Counted from the stretch's first letter, positions 49,469 through 60,544 are shown. The stretch: 64,000 bases of DNA from Candidatus Eiseniibacteriota bacterium (GCA_031370645.1 JANMQV010000009.1:25675-89674), one strand, 5' to 3'. Notes: generated from the sequence alone by a model not told the origin. Numbers and translations: made by a program.

Positions 49469-49483
49469 GGAGCTTCGTTCCTC

Positions 49484-50266
49484 TCAGGGGGTCCTGGAAT
49501 CGTGGATGAGATCGTCCACCGTGTAGAGCCCGGGCGCTCGGCCGTGCACGAACCGTGCGGCGCGGAGCGCTCCGCGGGCGAAGACGCTTCGATCGGTCAC
49601 CGTGTGAACCACCTCCAGCGTTTCGCCGTCGCCGCTCAGGACGACGCGGTGCGTTCCGGGAACGCTGCCGGCACGGATCGAATGAGTGGCCACCGCTCCT
49701 CCCGGCCGGCGCGCGGAGCCGATCGCACCGAGCGCCGCCGCCAGATCGAGTGCCGTCCCGCTCGGCGCATCCTTCTTCCCCGCGTGATGATGCTCCACGA
49801 TGTCGGCGACGTAGGCCGCGCGCGCCGCGGGTGGCAAGAGCGCGAGCCAGCGGCGCGCCACGGCGACGCCGAGGCTCAAGTTTCGCGCGCGGAGGATCGC
49901 CGTTTTCCGGCCGAGCGCTTCGATCCGCGATTCGAGCGGATCGGAGAGCCCCGTCGTGGCGAGCACGGCGGCCCGCGGCGTTTTCTCGAGCGCCGCAACA
50001 AGGGACTCCGTCCCCGCCGCAAGGCTCACGTCGAGCACGACCGCGTCGGGCGGGATCGCTTCGAGCGCGCCCGCATGGAACGCGGAAGCGGTGACCCAGC
50101 GGCAGCCGGGCGGGCACTCCCCCTCCGGACCTCCCGACGCGACGCATTCGGCCAGCGTGAAGTGGGCCGCTTCGTCCGATGCGGCGAGCAGTTTTCGGAT
50201 CTCCATTCCCATCCGGCCCGTCGCCCCGAAGAGAAGAAGAGGTATGGCGCTCACCGGCTCCTTCAC
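49484..50266 (-). CDS. dapB: 4-hydroxy-tetrahydrodipicolinate reductase
   Basis: GATGRMG, ATTG, EHHHAGKKDAPSGTA, RSVFARGA. Confidence 0.93.
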   Translation of the reverse strand: MKEPVSAIPLLLFGATGRMGMEIRKLLAASDEAAHFTLAECVASGGPEGECPPGCRWVTASAFHAGALEAIPPDAVVLDVSLAAGTESLVAALEKTPRAAVLATTGLSDPLESRIEALGRKTAILRARNLSLGVAVARRWLALLPPAARAAYVADIVEHHHAGKKDAPSGTALDLAAALGAIGSARRPGGAVATHSIRAGSVPGTHRVVLSGDGETLEVVHTVTDRSVFARGALRAARFVHGRAPGLYTVDDLIHDSRTP

Positions 50267-51174
50267 GCCCCCGCCCGCGCGGGCGCCGCGTGGCGAAGAC
50301 CGCATCGATCGAGCGCGTCCTCCACGGCCCGCGCCGTCTCGGGCCGGACCGGCACGAGCGGAAGGCGAAGCTCGCCCGACATGTGACCCAGCAGCGAGAG
50401 CGCGTGCTTCAACGGTCCCGGGTTGGTCTCGAGGAAGAGCGCCCGGAAGATCGGATGGAGCTTCCGATGGAGCGCCTCCGCCTCCGCCAGGCGGCCGGCG
50501 CGGAAGTGCCGCTCCAATTCCACCAACTCGGCGGGGGCCACGTGCGCCGCGACCGAGACGACGCCGCGCGCTCCGATGGCGAGGAGCGGCAGGAAGAGCG
50601 AATCGTCCCCCGCCAGCACCGCGATGTCGCAGCGCGCTCGGATGGCGCTCGCGTGGTCGACCGAGCCGCTCGCCTCTTTCACGGCGGCGATGCGCGGGTG
50701 TTCCGCCAGCCGCGCGATCGTTTCGGGCGACAGGAGAACTCCCGTCCGTGAGGGCACGTTGTAGAGCACGATCGGCTTATCGATGGCGTCGGCCACGGCG
50801 CGATAGTGCGCGATCTGTCCCTCCGGCGTCGGCTTGCAGGAGTAGGGCGTGATCACCATCACCGCATCGACGCCGAGCGAGATCGCCTCCCGGGAGAAGG
50901 CGATCGTCTCGTCCGTGCTCGCGGTCCCCGTGCCTGCCACGATCGCCGCCTTCCCCTTCACGGTCGCGACGACCGTGCGAATGACCAGGGCGCGTTCCTC
51001 GCGCGTGAGCGAGGTCGCCTCTCCGGTGCAGCCGCAGGGATACAGTGCGTGCACCCCGCGCGACACGAGATGCTCGGCAAGTCGCGCGAGCGCCTCCGCG
51101 TCGACGGCGCCCTTGCGATAGGGCGTGGCGATGGCGACGCCGACTCCCTCGAAGATCGAACTCGACTCGCTCAT
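50263..51174 (-). CDS. dapA: 4-hydroxy-tetrahydrodipicolinate synthase
   Basis: GCTGE, LYNVPSRT, VKEASG, ETNPGP. Confidence 0.95.
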   Translation of the reverse strand: MSESSSIFEGVGVAIATPYRKGAVDAEALARLAEHLVSRGVHALYPCGCTGEATSLTREERALVIRTVVATVKGKAAIVAGTGTASTDETIAFSREAISLGVDAVMVITPYSCKPTPEGQIAHYRAVADAIDKPIVLYNVPSRTGVLLSPETIARLAEHPRIAAVKEASGSVDHASAIRARCDIAVLAGDDSLFLPLLAIGARGVVSVAAHVAPAELVELERHFRAGRLAEAEALHRKLHPIFRALFLETNPGPLKHALSLLGHMSGELRLPLVPVRPETARAVEDALDRCGLRHAAPARAGA

Positions 51175-52316
51175 CGGGATTCCTCCTGCGGCGCGGGCTC
51201 CGGCGGTTTGGCGGCCGAAGCGGGCGGGAATGTGAGAACGAAGGGGCCCCGTACGTCCTCGGGGCCGACGGTGATCGTCGTATCGAGCGCGGCGGCGCCT
51301 TCCGGGATGGCGACCGTTGCCGCGACTCCCTGCCGCGCCGGTTTCGCCGCCGTCGCGATCCGCCTCGCCGAGAGTCGATAGCTCCCGGCAGGGACGCGGA
51401 TCCCGAACGGCCCGGGTCCGACTCGATCCGTGCGCGCGATCAAGATCGAATCGGCTGCGGCGCGGGCCTCGACCAGGAAACGGGCTGACGAATCGGGAGA
51501 GGCGATCGATCCGTTCAGGAGGGCCGGCGCCTTGGGGTCGACCGCGACGATGTTGATACTATCCGCGAGCATCCGTTCAGGTGTCAACCGCACGACCGCT
51601 CCATATCCCGCCACGACTTCCGTTTCCCCGTCGAGGTAGGAGTCGCCGTTCCGATCGTAGAAGGCGTGAACCGTGTAGCCCCGGTCGAGGGAGAGCCCCG
51701 AGAATCGGTAGACTCCCGCGGTGTCCGTCTCCGTCTGATACGTCGGCTCGAAATTCGACGTCGTATCGGGGCGAAGCCCGAGCGAGTCCGGAAAGAGAAG
51801 GATCGGGACGCCGGAGATTCCGAGCGTCTTCGCCCGAATCCTCCCTTCGATTCGTCCGGGCGCCATCGCGGGGCCGGTCGAGAACCGGAGCTGGAATCGC
51901 GTACCGAGAGGAACGCCGCGAAGATCGCGAGCCCGGCCGCTCAGGAACAGCTGATAGGTCGTCCCCCGAGCGAGCGAGTCACCCCACTCGATTCGGAAGC
52001 GATGCCCGCTCCACCGATAGTTGAGACGCCCCGGCGGCGGGTAGAGCCGCAGATTGTCGCGGACGCTCGCGCGATCCATCGCTTCCGAAAAGAGGATCTC
52101 GATTCCGGTGTCCGAGCCGACGTTCACGGAGCTATCGGCGGGAGACGTCGCCATGACCTGGGGCGGCGTCGTGTCGCGCGGCCCCCCCGGCGGAGCGATC
52201 GACCGGGCACAACCGGTGAACAGCAGGAGGAGGCCCGCGACGCGCACGAGTCGGCCGCGGGTCTGACTCCGCCCCGAAATCCTTGCTTGCGGTGAAGCAG
52301 CGAGCGCTCGGATCAC
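51171..52316 (-). CDS. Lipoprotein with bacterial Ig-like (Big_5) domain (alternative start 52247)
   Basis: Lipobox FTGC-A, PPGGPRDTTPP, ILFSEAMD, FSTG, DRNGDSYLD. Confidence 0.75.
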   Translation of the reverse strand: MIRALAASPQARISGRSQTRGRLVRVAGLLLLFTGCARSIAPPGGPRDTTPPQVMATSPADSSVNVGSDTGIEILFSEAMDRASVRDNLRLYPPPGRLNYRWSGHRFRIEWGDSLARGTTYQLFLSGRARDLRGVPLGTRFQLRFSTGPAMAPGRIEGRIRAKTLGISGVPILLFPDSLGLRPDTTSNFEPTYQTETDTAGVYRFSGLSLDRGYTVHAFYDRNGDSYLDGETEVVAGYGAVVRLTPERMLADSINIVAVDPKAPALLNGSIASPDSSARFLVEARAAADSILIARTDRVGPGPFGIRVPAGSYRLSARRIATAAKPARQGVAATVAIPEGAAALDTTITVGPEDVRGPFVLTFPPASAAKPPEPAPQEESR

Positions 52317-53389
52317 CGGCGCCGGGCGCCGCCGCTTCGCTTCTTCGCCGGGCGAGCCGGGCCGCGCTTCGCCATCGCCGGTTTTCGCGTCGCCGCCGTC
52401 GACGACTTCGTAACGGGCTTCTTCCCCGTCTTCCGGGTCGGAGCCTTCGCGCGTGAGGGAGCCGTCCTCGACGCCCCGGCGCCCATCAACTCCCAGAGAA
52501 CCGCCTTCTGCGCGTGGAGACGGTTCTCCGCCTGCGGGAAGACCATGGAGCGCGGGCCTTCGATCACGTCCTCCGTGATCTCCTCGCCGCGATGCGCGGG
52601 CAGGCAATGAAGGACAATCGCTGTCGGCTTCGCCTTGGCGAGTAACGCGGCGTCGATCACGTAGGGCCGGAAGATCGGGAGCCGCTTTTCGCGCTCCGCC
52701 TCCTGCCCCATGCTCGCCCAGACGTCGGTGTAGAGCACGTCGGCGCCGGCCGCCGCCGAAGCGGCCGAGCGATGGATCTCCACCTTCCCCGGGCCATGAG
52801 CGCGAACGCGCGCCATCAAATTCAAGTCGGGGTCGTATCCCTCCGGACAGGCGATCCGCACCGTGAGGCCGTAGAGCGTCGCCGCCTCGATCCACGAATT
52901 CGCCACGTTGTTCCCGTCCCCGATGAACGCCACGACGGCCTTGTCGAAGTCGATGCCGCATTCACGCATGGTGAGGAGATCGGCGAGGATCTGGCAGGGG
53001 TGGAGCCAATCGGTGAGACCGTTGATGACCGGGATCGACGCGTGCCGCGCCAGGTTGACGACCAATTGGTGGTCGAAGGTGCGGATCATGATGCCGTCGA
53101 CGTATCCCGAGAGAACACGTGCCACGTCCTGCGACGGCTCGCGCGAGCCGATACCGATCTCCTTCTCGGTGATGAAAAGTGAAGTCCCCCCAAGCTGCGT
53201 CATGGCGACTTCAAACGAGAGTCGGGTCCGAAGGCTCGGCTTGTGGAACAGGACCGCGAGCGTCTTCTGGGAGAGTTCCTGATGCGCCCGGCCGGCGCGA
53301 AGGTCGGCCTTGAGACGGAGGGCGACGTCGAAGAGGCGATCAGCCTGGGCCCGGGTCAGATCGGCGAACGACAGCAGGTCCCGCTTCAT
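52313..53389 (-). CDS. argF: Ornithine carbamoyltransferase with basic C-terminal tail
   Basis: KPSLRT, HPCQ, GDGNNV, DVWASMG, HCLP, QAENR. Confidence 0.93.
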   Translation of the reverse strand: MKRDLLSFADLTRAQADRLFDVALRLKADLRAGRAHQELSQKTLAVLFHKPSLRTRLSFEVAMTQLGGTSLFITEKEIGIGSREPSQDVARVLSGYVDGIMIRTFDHQLVVNLARHASIPVINGLTDWLHPCQILADLLTMRECGIDFDKAVVAFIGDGNNVANSWIEAATLYGLTVRIACPEGYDPDLNLMARVRAHGPGKVEIHRSAASAAAGADVLYTDVWASMGQEAEREKRLPIFRPYVIDAALLAKAKPTAIVLHCLPAHRGEEITEDVIEGPRSMVFPQAENRLHAQKAVLWELMGAGASRTAPSRAKAPTRKTGKKPVTKSSTAATRKPAMAKRGPARPAKKRSGGARRR

Positions 53390-53446
53390 GCGTGAGGCTC
53401 CCGTGGTGAGGGGGTGTGCGTCGAGTTCGGTTCCAAGAGGATTCCG

Positions 53447-54358
53447 TCAGGCGCGCGGGTGGGCGCGCTCATAGGCGGCCTTGAGCCGCCGACGGGTCAC
53501 GTGCGTGTAGATCTGGGTCGTCTGGAGATTTCGATGTCCGAGAAGCTCCTGCACCGCGCGTAAATCGGCGCCCCGCTCCAAGAGGTGGCTCGCGAAACTA
53601 TGCCGAAGGGCGTGCGGGTGGCTCGCCGCGTTCGGCCCGAGGCGCGCCAGGAGGCCGCGAATATCGCGCTCCAGCGTTCGCGTCGTCGCGGCGGAATTCC
53701 CGCGCCCAAAGACGATCGGATCGCCGGGGGCCGGTTCCCGCCCCAACGTCTCCCAGTATCGCCTCAGGGCCGTCAACGCGCGCCCTCCGAGCGGCACCAC
53801 ACGCTCGCGGGAGCCCTTGCCGAGCACGCGGACGAGGCGGCGCTTCTCGTCGAGTCCGCTCCGCGTCAATCCGGCGAGTTCCCCGACACGGAGCCCCGCA
53901 CCGTAGAGGCATTCGGCCGCCGCGACCGCGCGCCACGCTTTCGCGTCGTCCTTCGCCGCAACCGCCGCCTCGTCGAGGAGCGCGTTCAGCGCCTGCTCGC
54001 CGATGGCCGACGGGAGTGTCTCCGGAAGCGAGACCCGTGGGAATCCGCCGCGCGCCGCAGCCACCGATTCGCCCCTTCGCTCGATGTAGCGGAGAAACCC
54101 GCGCACCGCGGCGAGCGACCGGGCAAGGGTGCGAGCGTGGATGCGCTGGCGGGCGTCGACTCGCTCGAGGGAACGGGCGGCGGCGAAGGCGGCGATCAGT
54201 TCAGCGGTGAGGTCGCGCGGAACCGTTACCGGCCGCTTCAAACGAGAGCGGGCGAACTCCTCGAACCGGCGAAGTTCATGGCCATAGGCGCGCCGCGTGG
54301 CGTCCGCGTAGCGGCGCTCCGCGAGGTGCCGCTCGAACTCAGCAATCCACCGTTGCAC
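53447..54358 (-). CDS. xerC: Tyrosine recombinase XerC
   Basis: LYGAGLRVGEL, GKGSRERVVP, HPHALRHSFASHLL, TTQIYTH; directly downstream of topA. Confidence 0.85.
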   Translation of the reverse strand: MQRWIAEFERHLAERRYADATRRAYGHELRRFEEFARSRLKRPVTVPRDLTAELIAAFAAARSLERVDARQRIHARTLARSLAAVRGFLRYIERRGESVAAARGGFPRVSLPETLPSAIGEQALNALLDEAAVAAKDDAKAWRAVAAAECLYGAGLRVGELAGLTRSGLDEKRRLVRVLGKGSRERVVPLGGRALTALRRYWETLGREPAPGDPIVFGRGNSAATTRTLERDIRGLLARLGPNAASHPHALRHSFASHLLERGADLRAVQELLGHRNLQTTQIYTHVTRRRLKAAYERAHPRA

Positions 54359-56765
54359 TCAGCTCCTCCGCCCCTTCCGCACCCTCCTCGCCGAACTTCG
54401 CCTTGCACTTCGGGCACTGCTGGTAGTCGCCCTTCGACTTCGTGTGCTTCTGGACGAGGATCGGATAGGCGCAGGCCGGACAGGGCTGCTTCAGCGGCCG
54501 ATCCCAGAGACCGAACGTGCAGGCCGGGTAGGCGCTGCAGCCGAAGAAGTTCTTCCCTCGCTTCGTCCGGCGCTCCACCAGTTCTCCCTTCCCGCACTCG
54601 GGGCATTGAATTTGGAGCGTGAACGGGCGCGTACCCTTGCAGTCGGGATAGCTGGCGCAGGCGAGGAACTTGCCAAAGCGCCCCGTGCGAACGCGCATGA
54701 CCCCGCCGCACGTCGGACAGGGGACGTTCGGCGCCTCCACCGGCACTTCGTCCTCGAGCGGCATCGTCGTCTTGCACTCGGGATACTTCGGACAGGCGAG
54801 GAAGGGGCCGTTTCGCCCGAACTTCTTCACCATCTTCGAGCCGCACTTCGGGCACTCCTTGTCCGTTTCTTCCGCGAGCGACGCCTTCACCTCCGCCTGC
54901 GTCAATTCGGCGGCGGCGAGGTCCCTCTCGAACGGCTTGTAGAATTCCGTCACGACGTCGACCCACGGATCCTTCCCCATCTCGACATGATCGAGCCGAC
55001 CTTCCAGCCGCGCGGTGAAGGCGACGTCGAAGACGTCGGAGAAGGCTTTCGCGAGAATCTTCCAGACCGTCATGCCGAGTTCGGTCGGCACGAGCTTTCC
55101 CCGGTCTCTCGTGACGTAGTCGCGCGTGAGAATCGTCCCGACAATGGTGGCGTAGGTGCTCGGGCGTCCGATCCCCTTCTCCTCGAGCGTTTTCACGAGC
55201 GTGGCTTCGGTGTAGTGCGGCGGCGGCTCGGTGAAGTGCTGCTCCGGAAGGATTCCGTGCGAGGCGAGCGCGTCCCCCTGCGCCAGCGCCGGGAGCTTGC
55301 TCTTTCCTTCTTCGGCTTCCTCGATGAGGGCCGTCGCGTAGGCGCGGGCGAAGCCGTCGAATTTGATGCGGCTGCCCGAAGCGCGAAGCAGGAACGCCCC
55401 GGCGGTGATCTCCGCGGTGGTCGTCAGGACGAGCGCCGGATTCATCTGTGAGGAGACGAAGCGCTGCCAGACGAGTTCGTAGAGCTTGTACTGGTCGGGC
55501 TCCAGGTGCGAGCGCATGGAGGCAGGCGTCCGCGCGACCGCGGTCGGCCGGACGGCCTCGTGTGCGTCCTGCGACGTCTCGCGCGAGCGGTACTGGCGCG
55601 GCTCCTCCGGCAGGTAGGGAGCGCCGAAGGTATGCGTGATGTAGTTCCGGACCTCCGCGATCGCATCGGCCGAAACGCGAGTCGAGTCGGTACGCATGTA
55701 GGTGATCAATCCGACAGCGCCCTCGGCGCCGAGGTCGATTCCTTCATAGAGCTGTTGCGCCAGGACCATCGTCTTCTGCGCCGAGAAGCGGTGGCGGCGG
55801 AAGGCGTCCTGCTGCAGCGTGCTCGTGATGAATGGCGCCCCCGGGTTCCGCTTCTTCTCCTGCGTCCTAAGCGACGCGACCGCGAACGTTTCTTTCGCGA
55901 GTTCGGCCGCTTCCGCACGCGTGGCGGCCTCGTTCGTCAAGACGAGCTTCTCGCCGTTCTTCTTCTGAACGCGGGCGCGGAACGGCTCTCCCGACGGCGT
56001 TTCCAGATCGACGTCGATGGTCCAATACTCCTGCGGCGTGAAGGCGCGGATCTCGCTTTCGCGCTCGCAGATCAACCGAAGCGCCACGCTCTGCACCCGC
56101 CCCGCCGAGAGACCGTAGCGAACCGTCTTCCAGAGATAGGGGCTCACCTTGTACCCGACCAACCGGTCGAGGACGCGGCGCGCCTGCTGCGCCTGCACCT
56201 TCGCCATGTCGATCGAGCGGGGCTTCGTGAGCGCCTCTTCGATGCCCCGCTTCGTGATTTCATAGAACGCGAGTCGGCGGAGCTTCGACTCGTCTTCGCC
56301 GAGCGTCTCCGCGAGATGCCAGGCGATGGCCTCCCCTTCGCGATCGGGGTCGGGCGCGAGGTAGATGATCGCCGCGCGCCGGGCGCTCGCCTTCAGATCC
56401 TTGACGATGTTTCCCTTCCCTTTGATGAGCACGTACGAGGGCGCGAACCCGTCCTCCACGTCGACCCCGAGCTTGCTCTTCGGGAGATCGCGAACGTGTC
56501 CGTTCGAAGCGCGAACTTCGTAGCCGGGGCCGAGGTACTTCCCGATCGTCCGCGCCTTGGCGGGCGACTCGACGATGACCAGGTTCAAGCCGCTCCGACC
56601 GGACGAAGCGCTCGCCTTGGCGCGGGCCGGCTTCGCCGCTTTTTTCTTCGCGCCAGAGGCCTTCGGCTTGGCGGCGCGAGCGGCCACCTTCGCGGCCGGA
56701 GCCTCCGGCTCGGCGGGAGCTAGAATCGTCTTAACAGGAGGACGTTTGGATCGTTTCGCTGGCAT
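54339..56765 (-). CDS. topA: DNA topoisomerase I with C-terminal zinc ribbons
   Basis: IVESPAKA, DPDREGE, SAGRVQS, ITYMRTDS, multiple CPxCG. Confidence 0.97.
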   Translation of the reverse strand: MPAKRSKRPPVKTILAPAEPEAPAAKVAARAAKPKASGAKKKAAKPARAKASASSGRSGLNLVIVESPAKARTIGKYLGPGYEVRASNGHVRDLPKSKLGVDVEDGFAPSYVLIKGKGNIVKDLKASARRAAIIYLAPDPDREGEAIAWHLAETLGEDESKLRRLAFYEITKRGIEEALTKPRSIDMAKVQAQQARRVLDRLVGYKVSPYLWKTVRYGLSAGRVQSVALRLICERESEIRAFTPQEYWTIDVDLETPSGEPFRARVQKKNGEKLVLTNEAATRAEAAELAKETFAVASLRTQEKKRNPGAPFITSTLQQDAFRRHRFSAQKTMVLAQQLYEGIDLGAEGAVGLITYMRTDSTRVSADAIAEVRNYITHTFGAPYLPEEPRQYRSRETSQDAHEAVRPTAVARTPASMRSHLEPDQYKLYELVWQRFVSSQMNPALVLTTTAEITAGAFLLRASGSRIKFDGFARAYATALIEEAEEGKSKLPALAQGDALASHGILPEQHFTEPPPHYTEATLVKTLEEKGIGRPSTYATIVGTILTRDYVTRDRGKLVPTELGMTVWKILAKAFSDVFDVAFTARLEGRLDHVEMGKDPWVDVVTEFYKPFERDLAAAELTQAEVKASLAEETDKECPKCGSKMVKKFGRNGPFLACPKYPECKTTMPLEDEVPVEAPNVPCPTCGGVMRVRTGRFGKFLACASYPDCKGTRPFTLQIQCPECGKGELVERRTKRGKNFFGCSAYPACTFGLWDRPLKQPCPACAYPILVQKHTKSKGDYQQCPKCKAKFGEEGAEGAEELSATVDC

Positions 56766-57236
56766 CTAGTGCACCCACGTCGGGTTGCTGGGATCGAACT
56801 CGACGCCATGCTCGTCGTCGAACCAACGGATCAGCACGGACGTGGCGAGTTCCTTGGCGGTCGATTCGGTATCCAGGAGTGAGGCGTCCTCGCGGGCACG
56901 GGCCATGATCTCCTCGAACTGCTCGGGGCTCACGCGCCCCTTCTCCACGAGCCCGTAAAGATAGCGATAGCCGGGCGCGTCGAGATAGGCGCGCTCGGAA
57001 GCGGTCGGCACGCGCACGCTATGCCGCGGCGTCGACGGATCGGCCGAGAAATCTTCCCGAGCGTACGGCTCGAGCGCGCGGAAGATCAACTCGAACGCCT
57101 GATTGACCGTATCGGCGTCGTGACTTCCGGAGTCGAGCACGTGCGTCAGTTCCAGGAGCGCGTCCTCATCCCCGTCCACGTACGCCTTCAGCTGTTCCAC
57201 GATCAGAAACACCATCTCGCGAACGCTGTCATCCAT
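56766..57236 (-). CDS. Smg-like (DUF494) acidic protein
   Basis: Acidic; SVRVPTASERAYL..FEEIM; immediately upstream of topA as in smg-topA synteny. Confidence 0.62.
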   Translation of the reverse strand: MDDSVREMVFLIVEQLKAYVDGDEDALLELTHVLDSGSHDADTVNQAFELIFRALEPYAREDFSADPSTPRHSVRVPTASERAYLDAPGYRYLYGLVEKGRVSPEQFEEIMARAREDASLLDTESTAKELATSVLIRWFDDEHGVEFDPSNPTWVH

Positions 57237-57254
57237 CGGATGTCCTCCCTCGGG

Positions 57255-60200
57255 TTAGGCGCCGTGACATTTCTTGTATTTCTTCCCGCTGCCACAAGGG
57301 CAGGGGTCGTTTCGTCCGATCTTCGGTTCCGTCGGCTCCGTCGCTTTCGGCGCGCCCGGAGGGGGCCCCGCCGCGGCCGGCGTTCCGAACGCCGTGACGC
57401 TCGCGTGCGACGTCTGCATCCGCGCGGGACGAGGCGCCGCCGAAGGAGCCTGGCGCACCGCGCCGCGGCCTTCCGTCGCCGAAGCTCCCGACGTCAACTC
57501 ACCGCCCGACGTGCCGACGGGCGTGCCGCGCGGCGGCAACCGCTGCGGCTCCACGACGAGCGCGGCGCGGAAGAGCGTCCGCACCGTCTCCTCTCGGATC
57601 GAGCGCGTCAGCTCCTCGAACATCACGAACGCTTCCTTCTTGTACTCCACCAAGGGATCGCGCTGCCCGTAGGCGCGGAGTCCGATCCCTTCGCGAAGAT
57701 GATCCATTTCGCGGAGGTGGTCCATCCAATGCTCGTCGATCACCTGAAGATAGATGTGCCGTTCCGCCTCGCGGAGGAGTTCGGGAGTGAATTCCTGCTC
57801 CTTCTTCTCGTAGATCTCCCGGAACGTGCCCGTGAGCCACTCCTCCCAGTCGTCCGCCGTTCGAAGCGAGTCGGGATCGGGCGGCACCATCGGGCGAAGC
57901 GCGATCTGACTCGCATCATTGAGGAGCCGCTTCACGTCCTCTTCGTCGTATCGTTCGCCCGAGATGTGGACCGAAACCCGTTCGCGCACGGTCGCGTCGA
58001 TCAGTTCGAGCATCGTCTCGTGGAGGTCCCCCTCTTCGAGCGCGATCAGCCGCTGCCCGTAGATCACCGTACGCTGGCGGTTCATCACGTCGTCATATTC
58101 CAACAGGTGCTTCCGGATCTCGAAGTTGTGCGCCTCGACGCGCCGCTGCGCCCGCTCGATGGCGCTCGTCACGAGCCCGTGCTCGATGACCTCGCCCTCC
58201 TGGACGCCCAGGCGCTCCATGATCCCCGCGATTCGCTCCGACCCGAAGAGGCGCATGAGGTCGTCCTCGAGCGAAAGGTAGAAGCGCGAGTGGCCGGGAT
58301 CGCCCTGGCGACCGGCTCGGCCGCGGAGCTGGCGGTCGATGCGGCGGCTCTCGTGCCGCTCGGTCCCGATAATGTGGAGCCCGCAGAGAATCTCTTCCTT
58401 GCAGTGCGCCACGCCCTTCCAGACGCCGTTCTCGAGCTTGCTCTTCGGACCTTCCAGACAAGTGCGGTTGCAGCGGATGACTCCCGTCTCCAGCTTGATG
58501 TCGGTGCCACGGCCCGCCATGTTCGTGGCGATCGTGACCGCGCCGCGGTGTCCCGCCGTGGAGACGATCTCTGCCTCCTGCTGGTGATACTTCGCGTTCA
58601 GGACGTTGTGCGGGATCCCCTTTCGCTTCAGGAGCCGGCTCAACATCTCCGACGACTCGACCGAGATCGTGCCGACGAGCACCGGCACGCCCATGGAGTT
58701 CAGTTCCGCGATCTCTTCGACAACGGCGTTGAACTTCTCGCGTCGCGTCTTGAAGATCAGATCGTTCGCGTCATCGCGGCGGACCGGCTGGTTGGTCGGG
58801 ATGACGACGACGTCCCGCTTGTACGTGAACCAGAATTCGTTCGCCTCGGTCTCGGCCGTTCCGGTCATGCCGCCCAGCTTCTCGTAGAGGCGGAAGTAGT
58901 TCTGAATCGTGATGGTGGCGAGGGTCTGCGTCTCCCCTTCCACCTTCACGTTCTCCTTCGCCTCGATCGCCTGATGGAGACCGTCCGAGTAGCGCCGGCC
59001 CGGCATGAGGCGACCGGTGAACTCGTCGACGATCAGGATCTTTGCGTCCTGGATGACGTACTCCACGTCCTTCTCGTACAGCGAATAGGCCTTCAGGAGC
59101 TGGAGCACGTTGTGGACGCGTTCGCTCCGCTCGCCGTGCGAATGGTCGAGCGCGCGCTTCCGCTGCACCTTGTCGGCCGGCGTGAGCGTCTCATCCTCGT
59201 CGATGGCGCCCATTTCGAGCGCTAGGTCGGGAATGAGGAAGAGATTCGCGTCGCGCTCGGAGAGGAGTTCGCGCCCCTTCTCGGACAGGTCGATGGAATG
59301 CGACTTCTCGTCGATCGAGTAGTAGAGGTCATCGTCGACTTCCCCGAGGCGCTTGTCTCGGATGAAGTCCATCTCGACCTTTTGGATGAGACGCTTGAGA
59401 CCCGGTTCGTCGGAGACGAGCTTCAAGAAGCGCTTATTCTTGGGCGCTCCGCGCTTCACTTGCAGGAGCTTCAGGCCGACTTCGTACTCCTTCGCGGGAT
59501 CTTTCCGGAACGCTTCCGCTTCCGCCAAGATGCCGTTCACAACCTGCGTCTGGCCGCGCACGACGCGATCGACGTCGGGCTTCATCTCGTCGTACTTCTG
59601 GAGACTGTGCTCGACCGGACCCGAGATAATGAGCGGGGTGCGCGCCTCGTCGATGAGGACCGAGTCGACTTCGTCCACGATGGCGAAGTGGTGCCCGCGC
59701 TGCACGCGGTGGTCGCGATGGCGCGCCATGTTGTCGCGCAGGTAGTCGAACCCGAACTCGTTGTTCGTGCCGTAGGTGATGTCGCAGGCGTAGGCGGCGC
59801 GGCGGGCCGAGAATTCCATGGAGTTCTGAATACAGCCGACCGTGAGGCCGTGGAATTCGAAGATCTTCCCCATCCACTCGCTGTCGCGGCGGGCGAGGTA
59901 GTCGTTCACCGTCACGAGATGGACGCCTCTTCCCGTGAGCGCGTTCAGATACATCGGCAGCGTCGCGGCGAGGGTCTTTCCTTCGCCCGTCGCCATTTCC
60001 GCGATCTTCCCCTGGTGGAGGGCGATACCGCCGACCAACTGGACGTCGAACGGAACCATGTCCCACGTGAGCGGAATGCCGACCACGTCCCAGGACTTCC
60101 CGCAGAGCCGGCGGCAGGTTTCCTTGACGACGGCGTACGCCTCGACCAGGAGGTCGTCGAGCAGTTCACCGTCGGCGAGCCGCGCCTTGAACTCCGCGGT

Positions 60201-60338
60201 CTTCGCCCGGATCTCGTCGTCCGAAAGACCCTGGAGGCGTTCGACCTCGGCGTTGATTTCGCCGACGATCGGCCAAATACCGCGCACGTCGCGTTCGTGC
60301 TTCGTGCCGAACATCTTGGTGATGAGGTTGAGAACCAT
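57255..60338 (-). CDS. secA: Preprotein translocase ATPase SecA
   Basis: [65 protein letters not shown] 60338. Confidence 0.97.
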   Translation of the reverse strand: MVLNLITKMFGTKHERDVRGIWPIVGEINAEVERLQGLSDDEIRAKTAEFKARLADGELLDDLLVEAYAVVKETCRRLCGKSWDVVGIPLTWDMVPFDVQLVGGIALHQGKIAEMATGEGKTLAATLPMYLNALTGRGVHLVTVNDYLARRDSEWMGKIFEFHGLTVGCIQNSMEFSARRAAYACDITYGTNNEFGFDYLRDNMARHRDHRVQRGHHFAIVDEVDSVLIDEARTPLIISGPVEHSLQKYDEMKPDVDRVVRGQTQVVNGILAEAEAFRKDPAKEYEVGLKLLQVKRGAPKNKRFLKLVSDEPGLKRLIQKVEMDFIRDKRLGEVDDDLYYSIDEKSHSIDLSEKGRELLSERDANLFLIPDLALEMGAIDEDETLTPADKVQRKRALDHSHGERSERVHNVLQLLKAYSLYEKDVEYVIQDAKILIVDEFTGRLMPGRRYSDGLHQAIEAKENVKVEGETQTLATITIQNYFRLYEKLGGMTGTAETEANEFWFTYKRDVVVIPTNQPVRRDDANDLIFKTRREKFNAVVEEIAELNSMGVPVLVGTISVESSEMLSRLLKRKGIPHNVLNAKYHQQEAEIVSTAGHRGAVTIATNMAGRGTDIKLETGVIRCNRTCLEGPKSKLENGVWKGVAHCKEEILCGLHIIGTERHESRRIDRQLRGRAGRQGDPGHSRFYLSLEDDLMRLFGSERIAGIMERLGVQEGEVIEHGLVTSAIERAQRRVEAHNFEIRKHLLEYDDVMNRQRTVIYGQRLIALEEGDLHETMLELIDATVRERVSVHISGERYDEEDVKRLLNDASQIALRPMVPPDPDSLRTADDWEEWLTGTFREIYEKKEQEFTPELLREAERHIYLQVIDEHWMDHLREMDHLREGIGLRAYGQRDPLVEYKKEAFVMFEELTRSIREETVRTLFRAALVVEPQRLPPRGTPVGTSGGELTSGASATEGRGAVRQAPSAAPRPARMQTSHASVTAFGTPAAAGPPPGAPKATEPTEPKIGRNDPCPCGSGKKYKKCHGA

Positions 60339-60544
60339 AGTCTCCCGTTCGATGAAATCAGCGGCTTCGGGCGGGCCGTTCAGCGGCCTCGCCGGGCCCT
60401 CGGCAACCCCGGAGCCGGATAGAGCGAAACCCCAGGAGCGCGTCGCCGCCGGGGCCTCCAAATCCGCAAGGTCGCTGTAAGTCTATCTAAATAAACCGCT
60501 TACGAGTACTCCCCGCGATCTTCGACGCCCATCGTATCGTGGGA

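Noticed and set aside
52313-53389. SLRT motif suggesting N-acetyl/succinyl-ornithine carbamoyltransferase
   Set aside because: DVWASMG loop and HCLPAHRG fit ordinary OTCase
44022-54358. Two tyrosine recombinases as phage or island integrases
   Set aside because: Xer-sized, embedded in housekeeping operons, no att sites or cargo, and a dif site is present
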